From: an uncultured Bacillus sp.
Lineage (GTDB): Bacteria > Bacillota > Bacilli > Bacillales > Cytobacillaceae
Direction: 5' to 3'
Assembly: GCA_964484065.1 (NCBI GenBank)
Contig: CAZAEW010000002.1
Location: 75,419 to 139,418, forward strand
DNA: 64,000 bases
Of this stretch, positions 1 through 10,342 are shown one piece after another (the first letter of the stretch is position 1; every line of letters starts with the position of its first letter). A program made the position numbers and the translations under genes. Under the pieces are notes generated by a model. The model had not been told where the DNA came from and made no database searches. It saw only the letters and a program-made list of their open reading frames with translations.

Positions 1-58
1 CGTTAGCATAGAGACGAGAGTTTTTTATTTTTAGAAAAAGGTAAAGGAGTTAAAAAAG

Positions 59-1441
59 ATGAGTGTTTCGATGGAGCAGATTGTTTCACATTCAAAGCAT
101 AGGGGATTTATTTTTCCAGGCTCTGAAATATATGGAGGGCTTGCCAATACTTGGGACTATGGCCCGTTAGGTGTTGAGTTGAAAAATAATATCAAAAAGG
201 CATGGTGGAAAAAGTTTGTACAGCAATCTCTTTATAATGTCGGCTTGGATTCGGCAATTTTGATGAACCCAAGAACTTGGGAGGCTTCAGGGCATATTGG
301 GAATTTCAATGATCCAATGATTGATTGTAAAAAGTGTAAAGCCAGACACCGCGCAGATAAACTGATTGAAAATGCGTTGGATGAAAAGGGGATTGAACTC
401 ATTGTTGACGGTCTCCCGTTTGAAAAAATGGAAGAGTTGATAAAAGAACACAACATTGCCTGTCCTGACTGCGGATCTCATGATTTTACCGGAATCCGGC
501 AATTTAATCTGATGTTTAAAACGTTCCAAGGGGTAACAGAAACAAGCACGAATGAAATATTTCTGCGGCCGGAAACAGCACAAGGAATTTTTGTCAATTT
601 TAAAAACGTCCAGCGGACAATGAGGAAAAAGCTTCCTTTTGGAATTGCCCAGATTGGTAAAAGCTTCAGAAATGAAATTACACCAGGTAACTTTACGTTC
701 CGGACAAGGGAATTTGAACAAATGGAATTGGAATTTTTCTGCAAACCTGGAGAAGAACTCGATTGGCATGATTACTGGAAGCAATTTGCAGAAAAATGGC
801 TTTTATCGCTTGGAATGGGGAAGGAAAATATCAGACTTCGTGATCACTCTGAAGAAGAGTTATCCCACTACAGTAATGCTACTACAGATTTTGAATACAA
901 ATTTCCGTTTGGCTGGGGAGAGCTATGGGGGATTGCTTCTAGAACGGATTATGATTTAAAACAGCATATGCAATACTCAGGGGAGGATTTTCATTATCTT
1001 GATCCTGAAACAAATGAAAAATATATCCCATACTGCATTGAACCATCATTAGGGGCAGACAGGGTGACATTAGCATTTTTAATTGATTCCTATGATGAGG
1101 AACAGCTTGAGGATGGGACTTCAAGAACGGTTATGCATTTACATCCTGCTCTTGCACCATTTAAAGCAGCCGTCCTGCCGTTATCGAAAAAACTATCTGA
1201 TGGCGCGAAAGAGGTTCATGAAATCCTTGCTAATCACTTCATGGTTGACTATGATGAAGCAGGTTCGATCGGTAAGCGATACCGCCGCCATGACGAAATT
1301 GGCACACCATTCTGTATTACCTATGATTTTGAATCACAAGAAGACCAAATGGTAACGGTCAGAGATCGTGATACAATGGAACAAAAAAGAATTCCAATTA
1401 CAGACCTGGTCAGCTTTATTCAAGGCAAGCTGGACTTTTAG
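59..1441 (+). CDS. glyQS: glycine--tRNA ligase, single-chain GlyQS type
   Basis: 460-aa ORF with GGAG RBS. Class II aaRS motifs ([36 protein letters not shown]) and a C-terminal anticodon-binding domain. Confidence 0.95.
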   Translation: MSVSMEQIVSHSKHRGFIFPGSEIYGGLANTWDYGPLGVELKNNIKKAWWKKFVQQSLYNVGLDSAILMNPRTWEASGHIGNFNDPMIDCKKCKARHRADKLIENALDEKGIELIVDGLPFEKMEELIKEHNIACPDCGSHDFTGIRQFNLMFKTFQGVTETSTNEIFLRPETAQGIFVNFKNVQRTMRKKLPFGIAQIGKSFRNEITPGNFTFRTREFEQMELEFFCKPGEELDWHDYWKQFAEKWLLSLGMGKENIRLRDHSEEELSHYSNATTDFEYKFPFGWGELWGIASRTDYDLKQHMQYSGEDFHYLDPETNEKYIPYCIEPSLGADRVTLAFLIDSYDEEQLEDGTSRTVMHLHPALAPFKAAVLPLSKKLSDGAKEVHEILANHFMVDYDEAGSIGKRYRRHDEIGTPFCITYDFESQEDQMVTVRDRDTMEQKRIPITDLVSFIQGKLDF

Positions 1442-1448
1442 GGGGATT

Positions 1449-1485
1449 TTGGGCTGCCGATTAAACAAAAGATTGGGCAGCCCAA
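1449..1485 (+). terminator. hairpin after glyQS (weak U-tract)
   Basis: 10-bp stem TTGGGCTGCC / GGCAGCCCAA directly after the glyQS stop. The downstream T-run is poor. Confidence 0.45.
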
Positions 1486-1572
1486 TGCTTCCATTTTCAA
1501 CTTTATTATCGGAATAAGTCCTTTTGATATGATTTTTACTGCAAACGAGTATTTACTGAAAATGTCTTAAGG

Positions 1573-2205
1573 GTGGTGAGGAAGATCGAACTAACAAAAC
1601 GGCAAGAGCATATATTGCAAATTGTTAAGGAAAAAGGGCCAATAACAGGGGAACATATTGCCGAACTATTAAAGCTGACGAGGGCAACGTTACGACCTGA
1701 CCTGGCGATCTTAACGATGTCTGGATATTTGGATGCAAGACCGCGGGTAGGGTATTTTTATACTGGAAAATCAGGCACCCAGCTTTTAACGGAAAATCTT
1801 CAAAAAATTCATGTTAAAGATTATCAGTCCATACCAGTCGTTGTTCATGAAAATGTTTCGGTTTATGATGCGATTTGCCAAATGTTCCTTGAAGATGTGG
1901 GAACACTATTTGTGGTAGATCAAAATTCGCTTCTTGTCGGGGTATTGTCCCGCAAAGATTTGCTTCGGGCCAGCATCGGCAAACAGGAGCTTACCACGAT
2001 TCCGGTCAATATTATTATGACAAGAATGCCAAATATTACGATGTGTGAACGGGAAGACTTGTTAATTGATGTTGCCAAAAAATTAATTGATAAACAAATT
2101 GATTCTGTCCCGGTCGTAAGGAAGTCTGAAAAGGGTTTTGAAGTCATCGGCAGGATTACGAAAACAAACATTGCAAAGGCTTTTGTGGCCCTAGCATCGG
2201 AATAA
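1573..2205 (+). CDS. ccpN: gluconeogenesis repressor CcpN (HTH + 2 CBS domains)
   Basis: 210 aa with GTG start. N-terminal HTH (ITGEHIAELLKLTRATLRPDL) followed by tandem CBS domains. The ccpN-yqfL gene pair matches B. subtilis. Confidence 0.85.
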   Translation: MVRKIELTKRQEHILQIVKEKGPITGEHIAELLKLTRATLRPDLAILTMSGYLDARPRVGYFYTGKSGTQLLTENLQKIHVKDYQSIPVVVHENVSVYDAICQMFLEDVGTLFVVDQNSLLVGVLSRKDLLRASIGKQELTTIPVNIIMTRMPNITMCEREDLLIDVAKKLIDKQIDSVPVVRKSEKGFEVIGRITKTNIAKAFVALASE

Positions 2206-2238
2206 GAGAACATTCTAGAGAGGAGCTGGTCATGGGTA

Positions 2239-3042
2239 ATGAGTTTGCCGGTCATTTATGTCGTGTCCGATTCAGTCGGGGAAACGGCTGAGTTAGTTAC
2301 AAAAGCTGCTATTACACAATTCAACGGCTCAGGTATGAAAATCAAAACTTTTCCCTATGTCGAAGATAAAGAAAATATTTCTGAAGTTATTTCGCTCATT
2401 AAAATGGATCATGCAATGGTAGCTTATACACTTGTGAAACCGGATATGCGCCAATATATGAGAGAGATGGCGGAAAAAACCGGGATTTTTGCTGTGGATT
2501 TAATGGGTCCCTTAATGGACCAAATTCAATTATTTACAGGGAAGCTCCCATTATGTGAACCTGGGCTTGTGAGAAAACTTGATGAAGATTATTTTAAGAA
2601 AGTGGAAGCAATCGAATTTGCTGTTAAATATGATGATGGCCGGGACCCGCGTGGAATTTTAAAAGCTGATATTGTCCTGATTGGGGTTTCGCGCACGTCC
2701 AAAACGCCGCTGTCACAGTACCTGGCACATAAACGACTAAAGGTGGCAAATGTTCCTCTGGTTCCTGAAGTTGATCCTCCGGAAGAATTATATAAAGTGC
2801 CATCATCTAAATGTTTTGGTTTAAAAATAAGCCCGGATAAACTTAACAACATAAGAAGGGAAAGACTGCGATCTTTGGGTTTAAATGACAGTGCCAGCTA
2901 TGCAAATATTGATCGGATCAAAAATGAATTATCCTTTTTTGATTCTATTACAAAAAAAATCAACTGTTCTGTCATTGATGTTACAAACAAAGCAGTGGAA
3001 GAAACCGCCAATATCATCCTTCATCAAATACAAAACAACTAA
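2239..3042 (+). CDS. yqfL: pyruvate,phosphate dikinase / PEP synthase regulatory kinase-phosphorylase (DUF299)
   Basis: 267 aa. N-terminus [20 protein letters not shown] and P-loop GVSRTSKTP are typical of the YqfL/PdrP family. Confidence 0.85.
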   Translation: MSLPVIYVVSDSVGETAELVTKAAITQFNGSGMKIKTFPYVEDKENISEVISLIKMDHAMVAYTLVKPDMRQYMREMAEKTGIFAVDLMGPLMDQIQLFTGKLPLCEPGLVRKLDEDYFKKVEAIEFAVKYDDGRDPRGILKADIVLIGVSRTSKTPLSQYLAHKRLKVANVPLVPEVDPPEELYKVPSSKCFGLKISPDKLNNIRRERLRSLGLNDSASYANIDRIKNELSFFDSITKKINCSVIDVTNKAVEETANIILHQIQNN

Positions 3043-3046
3043 AAAA

Positions 3047-3075
3047 GCACATAATCTTTGATTATGTGTTTTTTC
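3047..3075 (+). terminator. intrinsic terminator of ccpN-yqfL
   Basis: Stem GCACATAAT / ATTATGTGT (one G-U pair), loop CTTTG, followed by TTTTTC. Confidence 0.7.
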
Positions 3076-3293
3076 TTTGAAAGTTTAAACATATATATGA
3101 TTTGGCAATAAAAAAACATAAAAAATGATGGCGATTAGGAACTAAATGTACTATAATAAAAAATTGTGATAAAAATATATCTTTTTAGGTTTAGACTTGC
3201 ATGGGAAAGAATAAACTATTTATTGTGAGATGTCAAGGCAGAGCCCAATAAGAAAATTCGACATTTTTCCTTTTTTAAAAGTTTGATGATGAA

Positions 3294-3322
3294 GAAGGAA
3301 TATGCGGAGTGATGTAGAATTA
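3294..3322 (+). promoter_or_regulatory. candidate sigma-H-type promoter upstream of dnaG-sigA
   Basis: GAAGGAATA - 11 nt - GTAGAATTA fits the sigma-H consensus RnAGGAwww-N11/12-RnnGAATww at every specified position. The B. subtilis sigA operon is known to have a sigma-H promoter (P3). Confidence 0.45.
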
Positions 3323-3442
3323 ATACTTATTAAAATGGGAATCCAACCATTTGTGTTGATGCCAGCTCATGCCCGGTGAAAGAGGAAATTGTCAATGATC
3401 GGGCAAAATTTGTGAGCACATTAACAAAAATTTTGTCGGATT

Positions 3443-3472
3443 TTGCAGGAATCTAGCGGTTATATCTAGAAT
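3443..3472 (+). promoter_or_regulatory. candidate sigma-A promoter proximal to dnaG
   Basis: TTGCAG - 18 nt - TAGAAT, about 30 nt upstream of the dnaG ATG. Motif match only. Confidence 0.3.
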
Positions 3473-3502
3473 ACCTGTTAAGTAAAAAATGGAGTTGTTT
3501 AC

Positions 3503-5320
3503 ATGGCAGACTTAATTGCCGAGGAGAAATTAAATGAAATTCGTCATGCTGCTGATATTGTTGAGATCATAAGTGATTATGTTCAACTAAAAAAACAAGG
3601 GCGAAACTACTTCGGCTTATGTCCGTTTCATGGAGAAAATACCCCGTCATTTTCTGTTTCACCTGATAAACAAATTTTCCATTGTTTTGGCTGCGGGGCA
3701 GGCGGAAACGTTTTTACTTTTCTAATGGAGCTGGAAGGCTTATCTTTTCAAGAGGCTGCTGTCAAATTAGCTCAAAAAACCAATGTTGATCTCGAGATTA
3801 ATTCCTCTGACCTTGGAAGAGAAAAACGAATTTCAAAAGAGCTGCAGGAAATGTTCGATGCACATGAGCTCTTAAGTAAATTCTATCATCATTTGCTGGT
3901 GAACACAAAGGAAGGCCAAGATGCGCTGGAATACCTGCTTTCCAGAGGATTTACCAGAGAATCCATTGATAAATTTCAAATTGGCTATTCCCTTAATTCT
4001 TGGGATTTTGTCTATAAGTTCCTAACCAAAAGAAATTTTAAGCCTGAATGGATGGAAAAGGCAGGATTGATCATTAAGCGAGAAAGAGACGGGACCTATT
4101 TTGACCGGTTTCGTGATCGTATCATGTTTCCGATTTTTGACCGAAATGGAAAACCGATTGCTTTTTCCGGGAGAGCACTGGGGGGCGGAAATGAGCCCAA
4201 ATATCTAAATAGCCCAGAGACGGCAATCTTTAATAAGAGTAAAGTTTTATATAATTTTCAACTGGCGAAACCTTCAATAAGAAAATTGCAGTATGCGGTT
4301 TTGTTTGAAGGATTTGCTGATGTTATTTCCGCTGATCGTGCCGGAGTTGAGAATGGCGTCGCGACAATGGGAACATCTTTAACCGATGATCATATTTCTC
4401 TTCTTCGCCAAAACGTTCAGACGGCAATTATTTGTTATGATTCTGATAATCCCGGTATAGAGGCTGCTTTCCGTGCCGGCAGGCTGCTTACTGAAGCGGG
4501 GTGTTCGATTAAGGTAGCATTGATGCCTGACGGACAGGATCCTGATGAATACATTAAAAAAAATGGTCCGGAAAAATTCCGCAATGAGGTTATTGATGCC
4601 AGTTTAACATGGATGTCATTTAAATTTTTCTACTACAGGAGAGGAAAAAATCTTCAGGCAGAAGGAGATAGGCTGGCTTATATCGAACAAATACTACAAG
4701 AAATAAGTTCTTTGCCGAAAGCTGTTGAAAGAGATCATTATTTAAGACAGTTAGCCTCAGAATTTTCCCTATCATTGGATGCACTAAATGATGCATTAAA
4801 GCAGCAGCAAAAACAGAATTTTTTTACCGAAAAAAGAAAATCAATCGGCAAAACTCAAGAAAAAAGCAGCCTGCAATTCATTCCAAAGCAGGAGCTCAAA
4901 CCAGCGTATATTACTGCAGAACGCCGCTTAATTCATCATATGTTAAAAAACCGTGATACAGCATATAAGGTTCAGGATTTACTGCAGGGAAATGTATTAA
5001 ACGTTGATGAACATCAAGCCATTATTACTTATTTATTTGGATTTTACGAAGAATATCAAGATCCTGATCCCAGCCAATTTTTAACCTATATTCAAGATGA
5101 CAAACTTCGGAGAATTGTAGCTAATATCGAAATGATGGATGTCAATGATGAATTAAGTGATCAAGAATTAACGGATTATATCAAACAGGTGTTGAATTAC
5201 CAAAAATGGTTAAAGATAAAAGAAAAAGAAGCTGAAGAAAAGGAAGCGGAACGACAAAAGGATTATAAGAAGGCTGCAGCAATTGCGATGGAAATTATCC
5301 AATTGCGCAAATTGTTATAA
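3503..5320 (+). CDS. dnaG: DNA primase
   Basis: 605 aa. CHC2 zinc finger CPFHGENTPSFSVSPDKQIFHCFGCGAGG, TOPRIM motifs (EGFADV, DSDNPG) and a C-terminal helicase-binding domain. Lies directly upstream of sigA. Confidence 0.95.
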   Translation: MADLIAEEKLNEIRHAADIVEIISDYVQLKKQGRNYFGLCPFHGENTPSFSVSPDKQIFHCFGCGAGGNVFTFLMELEGLSFQEAAVKLAQKTNVDLEINSSDLGREKRISKELQEMFDAHELLSKFYHHLLVNTKEGQDALEYLLSRGFTRESIDKFQIGYSLNSWDFVYKFLTKRNFKPEWMEKAGLIIKRERDGTYFDRFRDRIMFPIFDRNGKPIAFSGRALGGGNEPKYLNSPETAIFNKSKVLYNFQLAKPSIRKLQYAVLFEGFADVISADRAGVENGVATMGTSLTDDHISLLRQNVQTAIICYDSDNPGIEAAFRAGRLLTEAGCSIKVALMPDGQDPDEYIKKNGPEKFRNEVIDASLTWMSFKFFYYRRGKNLQAEGDRLAYIEQILQEISSLPKAVERDHYLRQLASEFSLSLDALNDALKQQQKQNFFTEKRKSIGKTQEKSSLQFIPKQELKPAYITAERRLIHHMLKNRDTAYKVQDLLQGNVLNVDEHQAIITYLFGFYEEYQDPDPSQFLTYIQDDKLRRIVANIEMMDVNDELSDQELTDYIKQVLNYQKWLKIKEKEAEEKEAERQKDYKKAAAIAMEIIQLRKLL

Positions 5321-5369
5321 GTTTTGAGTTCGTAAATGTTCTAATTGATTTTTAGAAGGAGGGGGACAT

Positions 5370-6500
5370 ATGGCTGAAAAATCAGCACGTTCAAAAGAGG
5401 TTGAAAACGAAATGACTTTTGAACAAGTAAAAGCCCAGTTAACTGCATTAGGGAAGAAAACTGGCGTCCTAGCCTATGATGATATTGCTGAAAGAATGTC
5501 TAATTTTGAATTGGATTCTGACCAGATGGATGAATTTTATGAATTCCTTGGTGATCAAGGCATTGAATTAGTTGGCGAAAGTGACGAGGATGCAGATCCT
5601 GACAGCCAAGAGCTGGCAAAGGGTGACGATGATGAGTTTGATCTAAATGATCTGAGCGTCCCTCCAGGGGTTAAAATCAATGACCCTGTCCGCATGTATT
5701 TAAAGGAGATTGGCCGTGTTGATTTGTTGTCCGCTGAAGAAGAAATTAATTTAGCGAAACGAATTGAAGATGGCGATGAAGAAGCGAAACGCCGCTTGGC
5801 AGAAGCAAACCTGCGACTTGTCGTCAGTATCGCAAAACGATATGTTGGACGCGGTATGCTGTTCCTTGATTTGATTCAAGAAGGGAATATGGGCCTTATT
5901 AAGGCGGTTGAAAAATTTGATTACAACAAGGGCTATAAGTTTAGTACTTATGCTACTTGGTGGATCCGCCAGGCCATTACAAGAGCGATTGCAGACCAAG
6001 CTCGAACGATTCGGATTCCGGTTCATATGGTTGAAACGATCAACAAATTAATCCGTGTTCAGCGCCAATTACTCCAAGATTTAGGACGGGAACCAAGTCC
6101 TGAAGAAATTGCTGAAGATATGGATTTAACACCAGATAAGGTCAGGGAAATTTTAAAAATTGCCCAGGAGCCTGTGTCACTAGAAACGCCTATCGGTGAA
6201 GAAGATGACTCGCACCTCGGAGATTTTATCGAAGACCAGGATGCAACCTCTCCTTCTGAACATGCAGCCTATGAGCTGTTAAAAGAACAGTTGGAAGATG
6301 TTCTCGACACTTTAACCGATCGCGAAGAAAACGTTTTGCGGCTTCGTTTTGGATTAGATGACGGCCGGACACGTACTCTTGAGGAAGTTGGAAAAGTTTT
6401 TGGGGTCACCCGTGAGCGTATCCGCCAAATTGAAGCAAAAGCGTTAAGAAAATTAAGACATCCAAGCCGCAGCAAACGCTTAAAGGACTTCTTAGAATAA
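5370..6500 (+). CDS. sigA: primary RNA polymerase sigma factor SigA
   Basis: 376 aa with RBS GAAGGAGGGGG. Region 2.4 [27 protein letters not shown] and region 4.2 [30 protein letters not shown]. Confidence 0.97.
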   Translation: MAEKSARSKEVENEMTFEQVKAQLTALGKKTGVLAYDDIAERMSNFELDSDQMDEFYEFLGDQGIELVGESDEDADPDSQELAKGDDDEFDLNDLSVPPGVKINDPVRMYLKEIGRVDLLSAEEEINLAKRIEDGDEEAKRRLAEANLRLVVSIAKRYVGRGMLFLDLIQEGNMGLIKAVEKFDYNKGYKFSTYATWWIRQAITRAIADQARTIRIPVHMVETINKLIRVQRQLLQDLGREPSPEEIAEDMDLTPDKVREILKIAQEPVSLETPIGEEDDSHLGDFIEDQDATSPSEHAAYELLKEQLEDVLDTLTDREENVLRLRFGLDDGRTRTLEEVGKVFGVTRERIRQIEAKALRKLRHPSRSKRLKDFLE

Positions 6501-6859
6501 ACCAAAATGGAATTTACAGTGGAGTCTGATCACTTTAAAAACAAATCTTGCCAGAAGCTACTTTCTGAAAGAATGTTAAAAAGCGGTCAGGCTCTTTTTA
6601 CGTATCGATCATGAACACGCTTTCTTATTTATTCTTTATTTTACTGAATTGTCTTTTATTTTGCAAATAGGCCTTTAAGTCTTTTTCTTTGGGATTCGAT
6701 TTCTTCCATAACCTTCTCTGAAAGAATGAACAATCTCATTAATAATATTTTAAAAATTCAGACTTTTGTACTTTTACTTCTTTCCAATAATCAAGTAAAA
6801 TTAAAGGTGTTTTTAGACAATTTTAGTAAATAATATTCTTACATAAGGAGGTAATTTTC

Positions 6860-7228
6860 ATGAATCGTAATCCTGTCATTCCTTTTGTGATCATCATGGT
6901 GTTTGGAGTCATTTTAATGTTCGGATTGTCCTTTAAAGGGCTGGGTGATGCAAAAAGTACTGCTAAAGATAAGGGAACTTCTGCGCAAAAAACAGAGACA
7001 GCCTCAACGAATCCGGAAGGTATTTACAAAAGCACATGCCTTGGCTGCCATGGGGATCAGTATCAGGGCGGCGCTGGTCCGTCATTAAAAGGTGTCGGCA
7101 AAAGGTTAACAGTCGATCAAATCAAAGAAAAAATTACTACAGGTAAGAATAACAAAGGAATGCCGCCGAATCTTGTTCCTGCTGATAAAGCACAGGCAAT
7201 GGCGGAGTGGGTTTCAAAAATCCAGTAA
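6860..7228 (+). CDS. cccA: membrane-anchored cytochrome c-550
   Basis: 122 aa with RBS AAGGAGG. N-terminal TM anchor, single heme site CLGCH and distal Met region KGMPP. Confidence 0.85.
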   Translation: MNRNPVIPFVIIMVFGVILMFGLSFKGLGDAKSTAKDKGTSAQKTETASTNPEGIYKSTCLGCHGDQYQGGAGPSLKGVGKRLTVDQIKEKITTGKNNKGMPPNLVPADKAQAMAEWVSKIQ

Positions 7229-7243
7229 AACTAATAGAATATT

Positions 7244-7276
7244 AAAAAGTCCTTTGCAGATGTAAAGGACTTTTTC
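7244..7276 (+). terminator. intrinsic terminator of cccA
   Basis: Perfect stem AAAAAGTCCTTT / AAAGGACTTTTT with an 8-nt loop and a trailing T-run. Confidence 0.75.
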
Positions 7277-7305
7277 TATACTATTAAATAGTAAGTTTCA
7301 CTTTA

Positions 7306-8031
7306 TTGAAAGCAGTGGTGGAAAATTTGAATACGGAAAAATTGTCAGAACGCCTTGAGAGGGTTGCCAATTTTGTTCCTCAAGGGTCCAGATTAGCGGA
7401 TATAGGATCAGATCATGCTTACTTGCCTTGTTATTTAGCAAAAAAAAGTAAAATAACCTTTGCGGTTGCCGGTGAAGTTGCGGCCGGTCCGCTTGAATCT
7501 GCGCAAAGACAAGTTCTTGCAGATGGCCTGACGGAAATTATTTCTGTTCGAATGGGGGATGGATTGGAAGTGCTCGAGCCGGGGGAGGTTGATTGTATAA
7601 CTATTGCCGGAATGGGCGGAGCGCTAATTGCAAGTATTATCGATAAGGGGAAACAAAAGCTTGATTTGGTAAAGAGACTTGTCCTTCAGCCGAACATCAG
7701 CGCAATTACCATTCGAAAATGGCTTGTGGAAAATAGCTGGGAGCTTAAGGCGGAAGAAATTCTTGAAGAAGACGGGAAAATTTATGAAATTCTCGTGGCT
7801 GAAAAGGGAAAACCATTTAACCCCTATAAAAAGGATCCAGAGCTCGAACTTTTGCTTGGTCCCTTCTTATTGAAGAAAAAAACAGAGGTTTTCAAAAAAA
7901 AATGGCGGATGGAAATAGATAACTGGAAGCGGATCTGCGAGCAGCTGGAAAAGGCTGCTCCGACTGAAGAAACCGCCAATAAAAAACTGGAACTTCTTCG
8001 GCTGATCGGCTTGGTGGAGGAGGCTCTATGA
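7306..8031 (+). CDS. trmK: tRNA (adenine22-N1)-methyltransferase
   Basis: 241 aa. ADIGSDHAYLP and ITIAGMGG motifs of the TrmK/YqfN family. Start uncertain (TTG 7306, GTG 7315 or TTG 7327). ATGA overlap with yqfO. Confidence 0.8.
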   Translation: MKAVVENLNTEKLSERLERVANFVPQGSRLADIGSDHAYLPCYLAKKSKITFAVAGEVAAGPLESAQRQVLADGLTEIISVRMGDGLEVLEPGEVDCITIAGMGGALIASIIDKGKQKLDLVKRLVLQPNISAITIRKWLVENSWELKAEEILEEDGKIYEILVAEKGKPFNPYKKDPELELLLGPFLLKKKTEVFKKKWRMEIDNWKRICEQLEKAAPTEETANKKLELLRLIGLVEEAL

Positions 8032-9152
8032 TGAAAAGAAAAAAAGCGAATGGTTATGAAATCATTCAGTTGTTTGAACAATTCTCTCCTAAAAACATCG
8101 CAATGGAAGGAGACAAGATTGGCCTGCAAATTGGCCGACTTAATAAAAAAGTGGAACGTGTTTTGGTTACTCTTGACGTTCTCGAGAACGTGATAGATGA
8201 GGCGATAGAGAAGGATGTGCAGCTGATTATTGCCCACCATCCGCCAATCTATCGTCCCCTCCAAAAAGTACTTACCGATTCTCTGCCTGGAATCATGATT
8301 GAAAAATTATTAAAGCATGATATTGCTGTTTACGCCGCCCATACCAATCTCGATATTGCAAAAGGGGGGGTTAATGATTTGCTTGCAGCGGCGCTTGAAA
8401 TCGAAAATCCTGAAGTCCTTGTTCCCATTCATGAAATGGCCTTAAAAAAGATTGTGGTATTTGTTCCGATTGAACATGCGGAAGCTGTAAGACAATCACT
8501 CGGGAATGCAGGAGCCGGCTATATCGGAAATTACAGCCATTGTTCTTTTTCTGCAAACGGGACAGGCAGATTTATGCCTGGAGAAAATACAAACCCGTAT
8601 ATCGGGCAGCAGGGGATCATGGAGTCCGTTGATGAGGTTCGGATTGAAACGATTGTTCCTGAAAGCCAAATAAAAAAAGCAATTGCCGCCATGCTTAAAG
8701 CACATCCTTATGAAGAGCCTGCATTTGATATTTATCCTGTTGAAAATAAGGGGGAAGTGTTAGGACTGGGGAGAATTGGAACAGTACCAGAAACAACCTT
8801 AGGAGAGTTTGCAGAGAGAGTGAAAACGGCCCTGCAGGTCGATCGCGTTCGGGTTGTTGGGGACCTCCATTCTATTGTAAAAAAAGTGGCGGTACTTGGC
8901 GGAGATGGCAATAAATATTACAGCCAGGCCAAATTTAAGGGAGCAGATGTATATATTACAGGAGATATTTACTATCATACTGCACATGATGCAATGATGC
9001 TTGGCATAAATTTAATTGACCCCGGCCATAATGTCGAAAAGGTCATGAAAAAAGGGGTCAGCGCTGCAATGGCTAAATTATGCCAGGATGCTGGGCTGGA
9101 TGTTGAATTTATTCCATCTGAAGCGAACACGGATCCATTTCAATTTATCTAG
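8028..9152 (+). CDS. yqfO: NIF3-family metal-binding protein (GTP cyclohydrolase 1 type 2 homolog)
   Basis: 374 aa. AHHPPIYRP and AAHTNLD metal-ligand motifs with a central PII-like insert. Translationally coupled to trmK. Confidence 0.85.
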   Translation: MMKRKKANGYEIIQLFEQFSPKNIAMEGDKIGLQIGRLNKKVERVLVTLDVLENVIDEAIEKDVQLIIAHHPPIYRPLQKVLTDSLPGIMIEKLLKHDIAVYAAHTNLDIAKGGVNDLLAAALEIENPEVLVPIHEMALKKIVVFVPIEHAEAVRQSLGNAGAGYIGNYSHCSFSANGTGRFMPGENTNPYIGQQGIMESVDEVRIETIVPESQIKKAIAAMLKAHPYEEPAFDIYPVENKGEVLGLGRIGTVPETTLGEFAERVKTALQVDRVRVVGDLHSIVKKVAVLGGDGNKYYSQAKFKGADVYITGDIYYHTAHDAMMLGINLIDPGHNVEKVMKKGVSAAMAKLCQDAGLDVEFIPSEANTDPFQFI

Positions 9153-9233
9153 CAAAAAGGCGCTGATAAAGCTGTTTGATCATTTTGCTGCAAATGTTGA
9201 CTGGAGCGAAATGAACTGGCTGTTTAACAAAGT

Positions 9234-9263
9234 AAAAAAGAACCGGAATCCGGTTCTTTTTTA
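9234..9263. terminator. bidirectional terminator between yqfO and ispH
   Basis: AAAAAA-GAACCGG-AAT-CCGGTTC-TTTTTT. The A-run and T-run allow termination on both strands between the convergent genes. Confidence 0.75.
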
Positions 9264-10205
9264 TTCGGCGTTTTTAACCTTTGGTAAAATTTTGTTAAGT
9301 GGAATTTGTTTCTTTCGCTCCCAGGTTTCTTCTTTGGCAGGGTCAAATTGTTCTAAAAATGAGATAACTTCTTTGGTAATCGGTGTTGGAGTCGATGCTC
9401 CTGCGGTAACAGCAACGGTTTGTGCATCTTTAATCCAGTCGATTTCCAGTTCTGAAATATCAGCAATCCGGTAGGCTTTTGTTCCGGCAATTTCCTCGGA
9501 GACTTGGGCTAACCGGTTGGAGTTATTGCTTTTTGGATCACCGACAACGATTAAAACATCTGCTTCTTTTGCTTGCTCAGCAACAGCCTCTTGACGGATT
9601 TGTGTGGCCAGGCATATTTCATTATAGCTTTCCGAGTGGGGATATTTTTCCTGCACTTTTTTCATAATATCGGCAACATCCCATTGGCTCATTGTTGTTT
9701 GGTTTGTCACGATAATCTTATCGTGCTTAAGTTGAAGGGCATCAACATCATCGGTATTCGAAACCAAATAAACATCATTCGGAGCTACACCGACCGCTCC
9801 TTCCGGTTCTGGGTGTCCTTTTTTACCGATATAAATGATTTTGTATCCTTCTTTTGTTTTCTCTTGTATCAGGTCATGTGTTTTTGTGACATCAGGACAT
9901 GTAGCATCAATGGCAACAAGTCCTTTTTTGTGTGCTAATTCCCGAACCTCCGGAGAAATTCCATGTGCAGTAAAGATAACTGTACCTTTATCCACTTTTT
10001 CAAGAATTTCTTTCCTGTTTTTTCCGTCAAGCGTAATAATTCCTTCTTCGGCAAACGCATCCGTCACGTGTTTATTATGAACGATCATACCCAGTATATA
10101 GATAGGGCGCGGCAATGATTTGTCAAGTGCTGCATTTCTGGCAATAACCATCGCGTCAACAACACCATAGCAATATCCGCGCGGCGATATTTTTATCACA
10201 TTCAT
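9261..10205 (-). CDS. ispH: 4-hydroxy-3-methylbut-2-enyl diphosphate reductase
   Basis: The track ORF runs to 10337, but the ATG at 10205 has RBS AGGGGGAT and gives 314 aa starting [15 protein letters not shown]. The three Fe-S Cys contexts are present (RGYCYGV, DATCPDV, NEICLAT). Confidence 0.9.
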   Translation of the reverse strand: MNVIKISPRGYCYGVVDAMVIARNAALDKSLPRPIYILGMIVHNKHVTDAFAEEGIITLDGKNRKEILEKVDKGTVIFTAHGISPEVRELAHKKGLVAIDATCPDVTKTHDLIQEKTKEGYKIIYIGKKGHPEPEGAVGVAPNDVYLVSNTDDVDALQLKHDKIIVTNQTTMSQWDVADIMKKVQEKYPHSESYNEICLATQIRQEAVAEQAKEADVLIVVGDPKSNNSNRLAQVSEEIAGTKAYRIADISELEIDWIKDAQTVAVTAGASTPTPITKEVISFLEQFDPAKEETWERKKQIPLNKILPKVKNAE

Positions 10206-10342
10206 GTTAAGGATCCCCCTATAAAAGCTTAAATCATCTTTATTATTATATAAGATAACTAGAATGTTTACAAAGAAACCCTTAACACTTTGTCTGTGAA
10301 AAACAGCATAACAGCCTATTGGGGCTATAGGATTCATAAGAT

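Noticed and set aside
1-40. GAGACGAGAG followed by TTTTTT at the window start could be the 3' half of a T-box leader terminator for glyQS.
   Set aside because: The 5' arm, the T-box sequence and the specifier loop would lie outside the window. Nothing can be verified from the roughly 35 nt present.
232-1355. Several 60-165-aa ORFs overlap glyQS on both strands (for example 287-784 on the minus strand).
   Set aside because: They lie wholly inside a strongly supported conserved gene, have no RBS, and have low-complexity or odd composition. They are typical shadow ORFs. The same reasoning applies to antisense ORFs inside ispH, ispG, the PBP genes, the pst genes, gcvP, yqhH and nrdJ (for example 61106-61935).
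3411-3426. TGTGAGCACATTAACA resembles a Crp/Fnr site (TGTGA-N6-TCACA) with one mismatch, upstream of dnaG.
   Set aside because: Allowing one mismatch, several such matches are expected by chance in 2 x 64 kb. There is no biological rationale for it at dnaG.
9088-9474. A 128-aa plus-strand ORF spans the yqfO 3' end, the bidirectional terminator and the antisense strand of ispH.
   Set aside because: It crosses a strong terminator hairpin, has no RBS, and is antisense to a conserved gene.
10206-10337. In-frame N-terminal extensions in the ORF track: ispH to 10337, ispG to 18712, yqfZ to 19125, yqgB to 19980, pstA from 29886, yqgQ from 41194, the regulator to 47776, and yqhH to 54787.
   Set aside because: Internal starts have proper RBS spacing and reproduce the N-termini of known homologs. 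The extensions overlap upstream genes or promoters.
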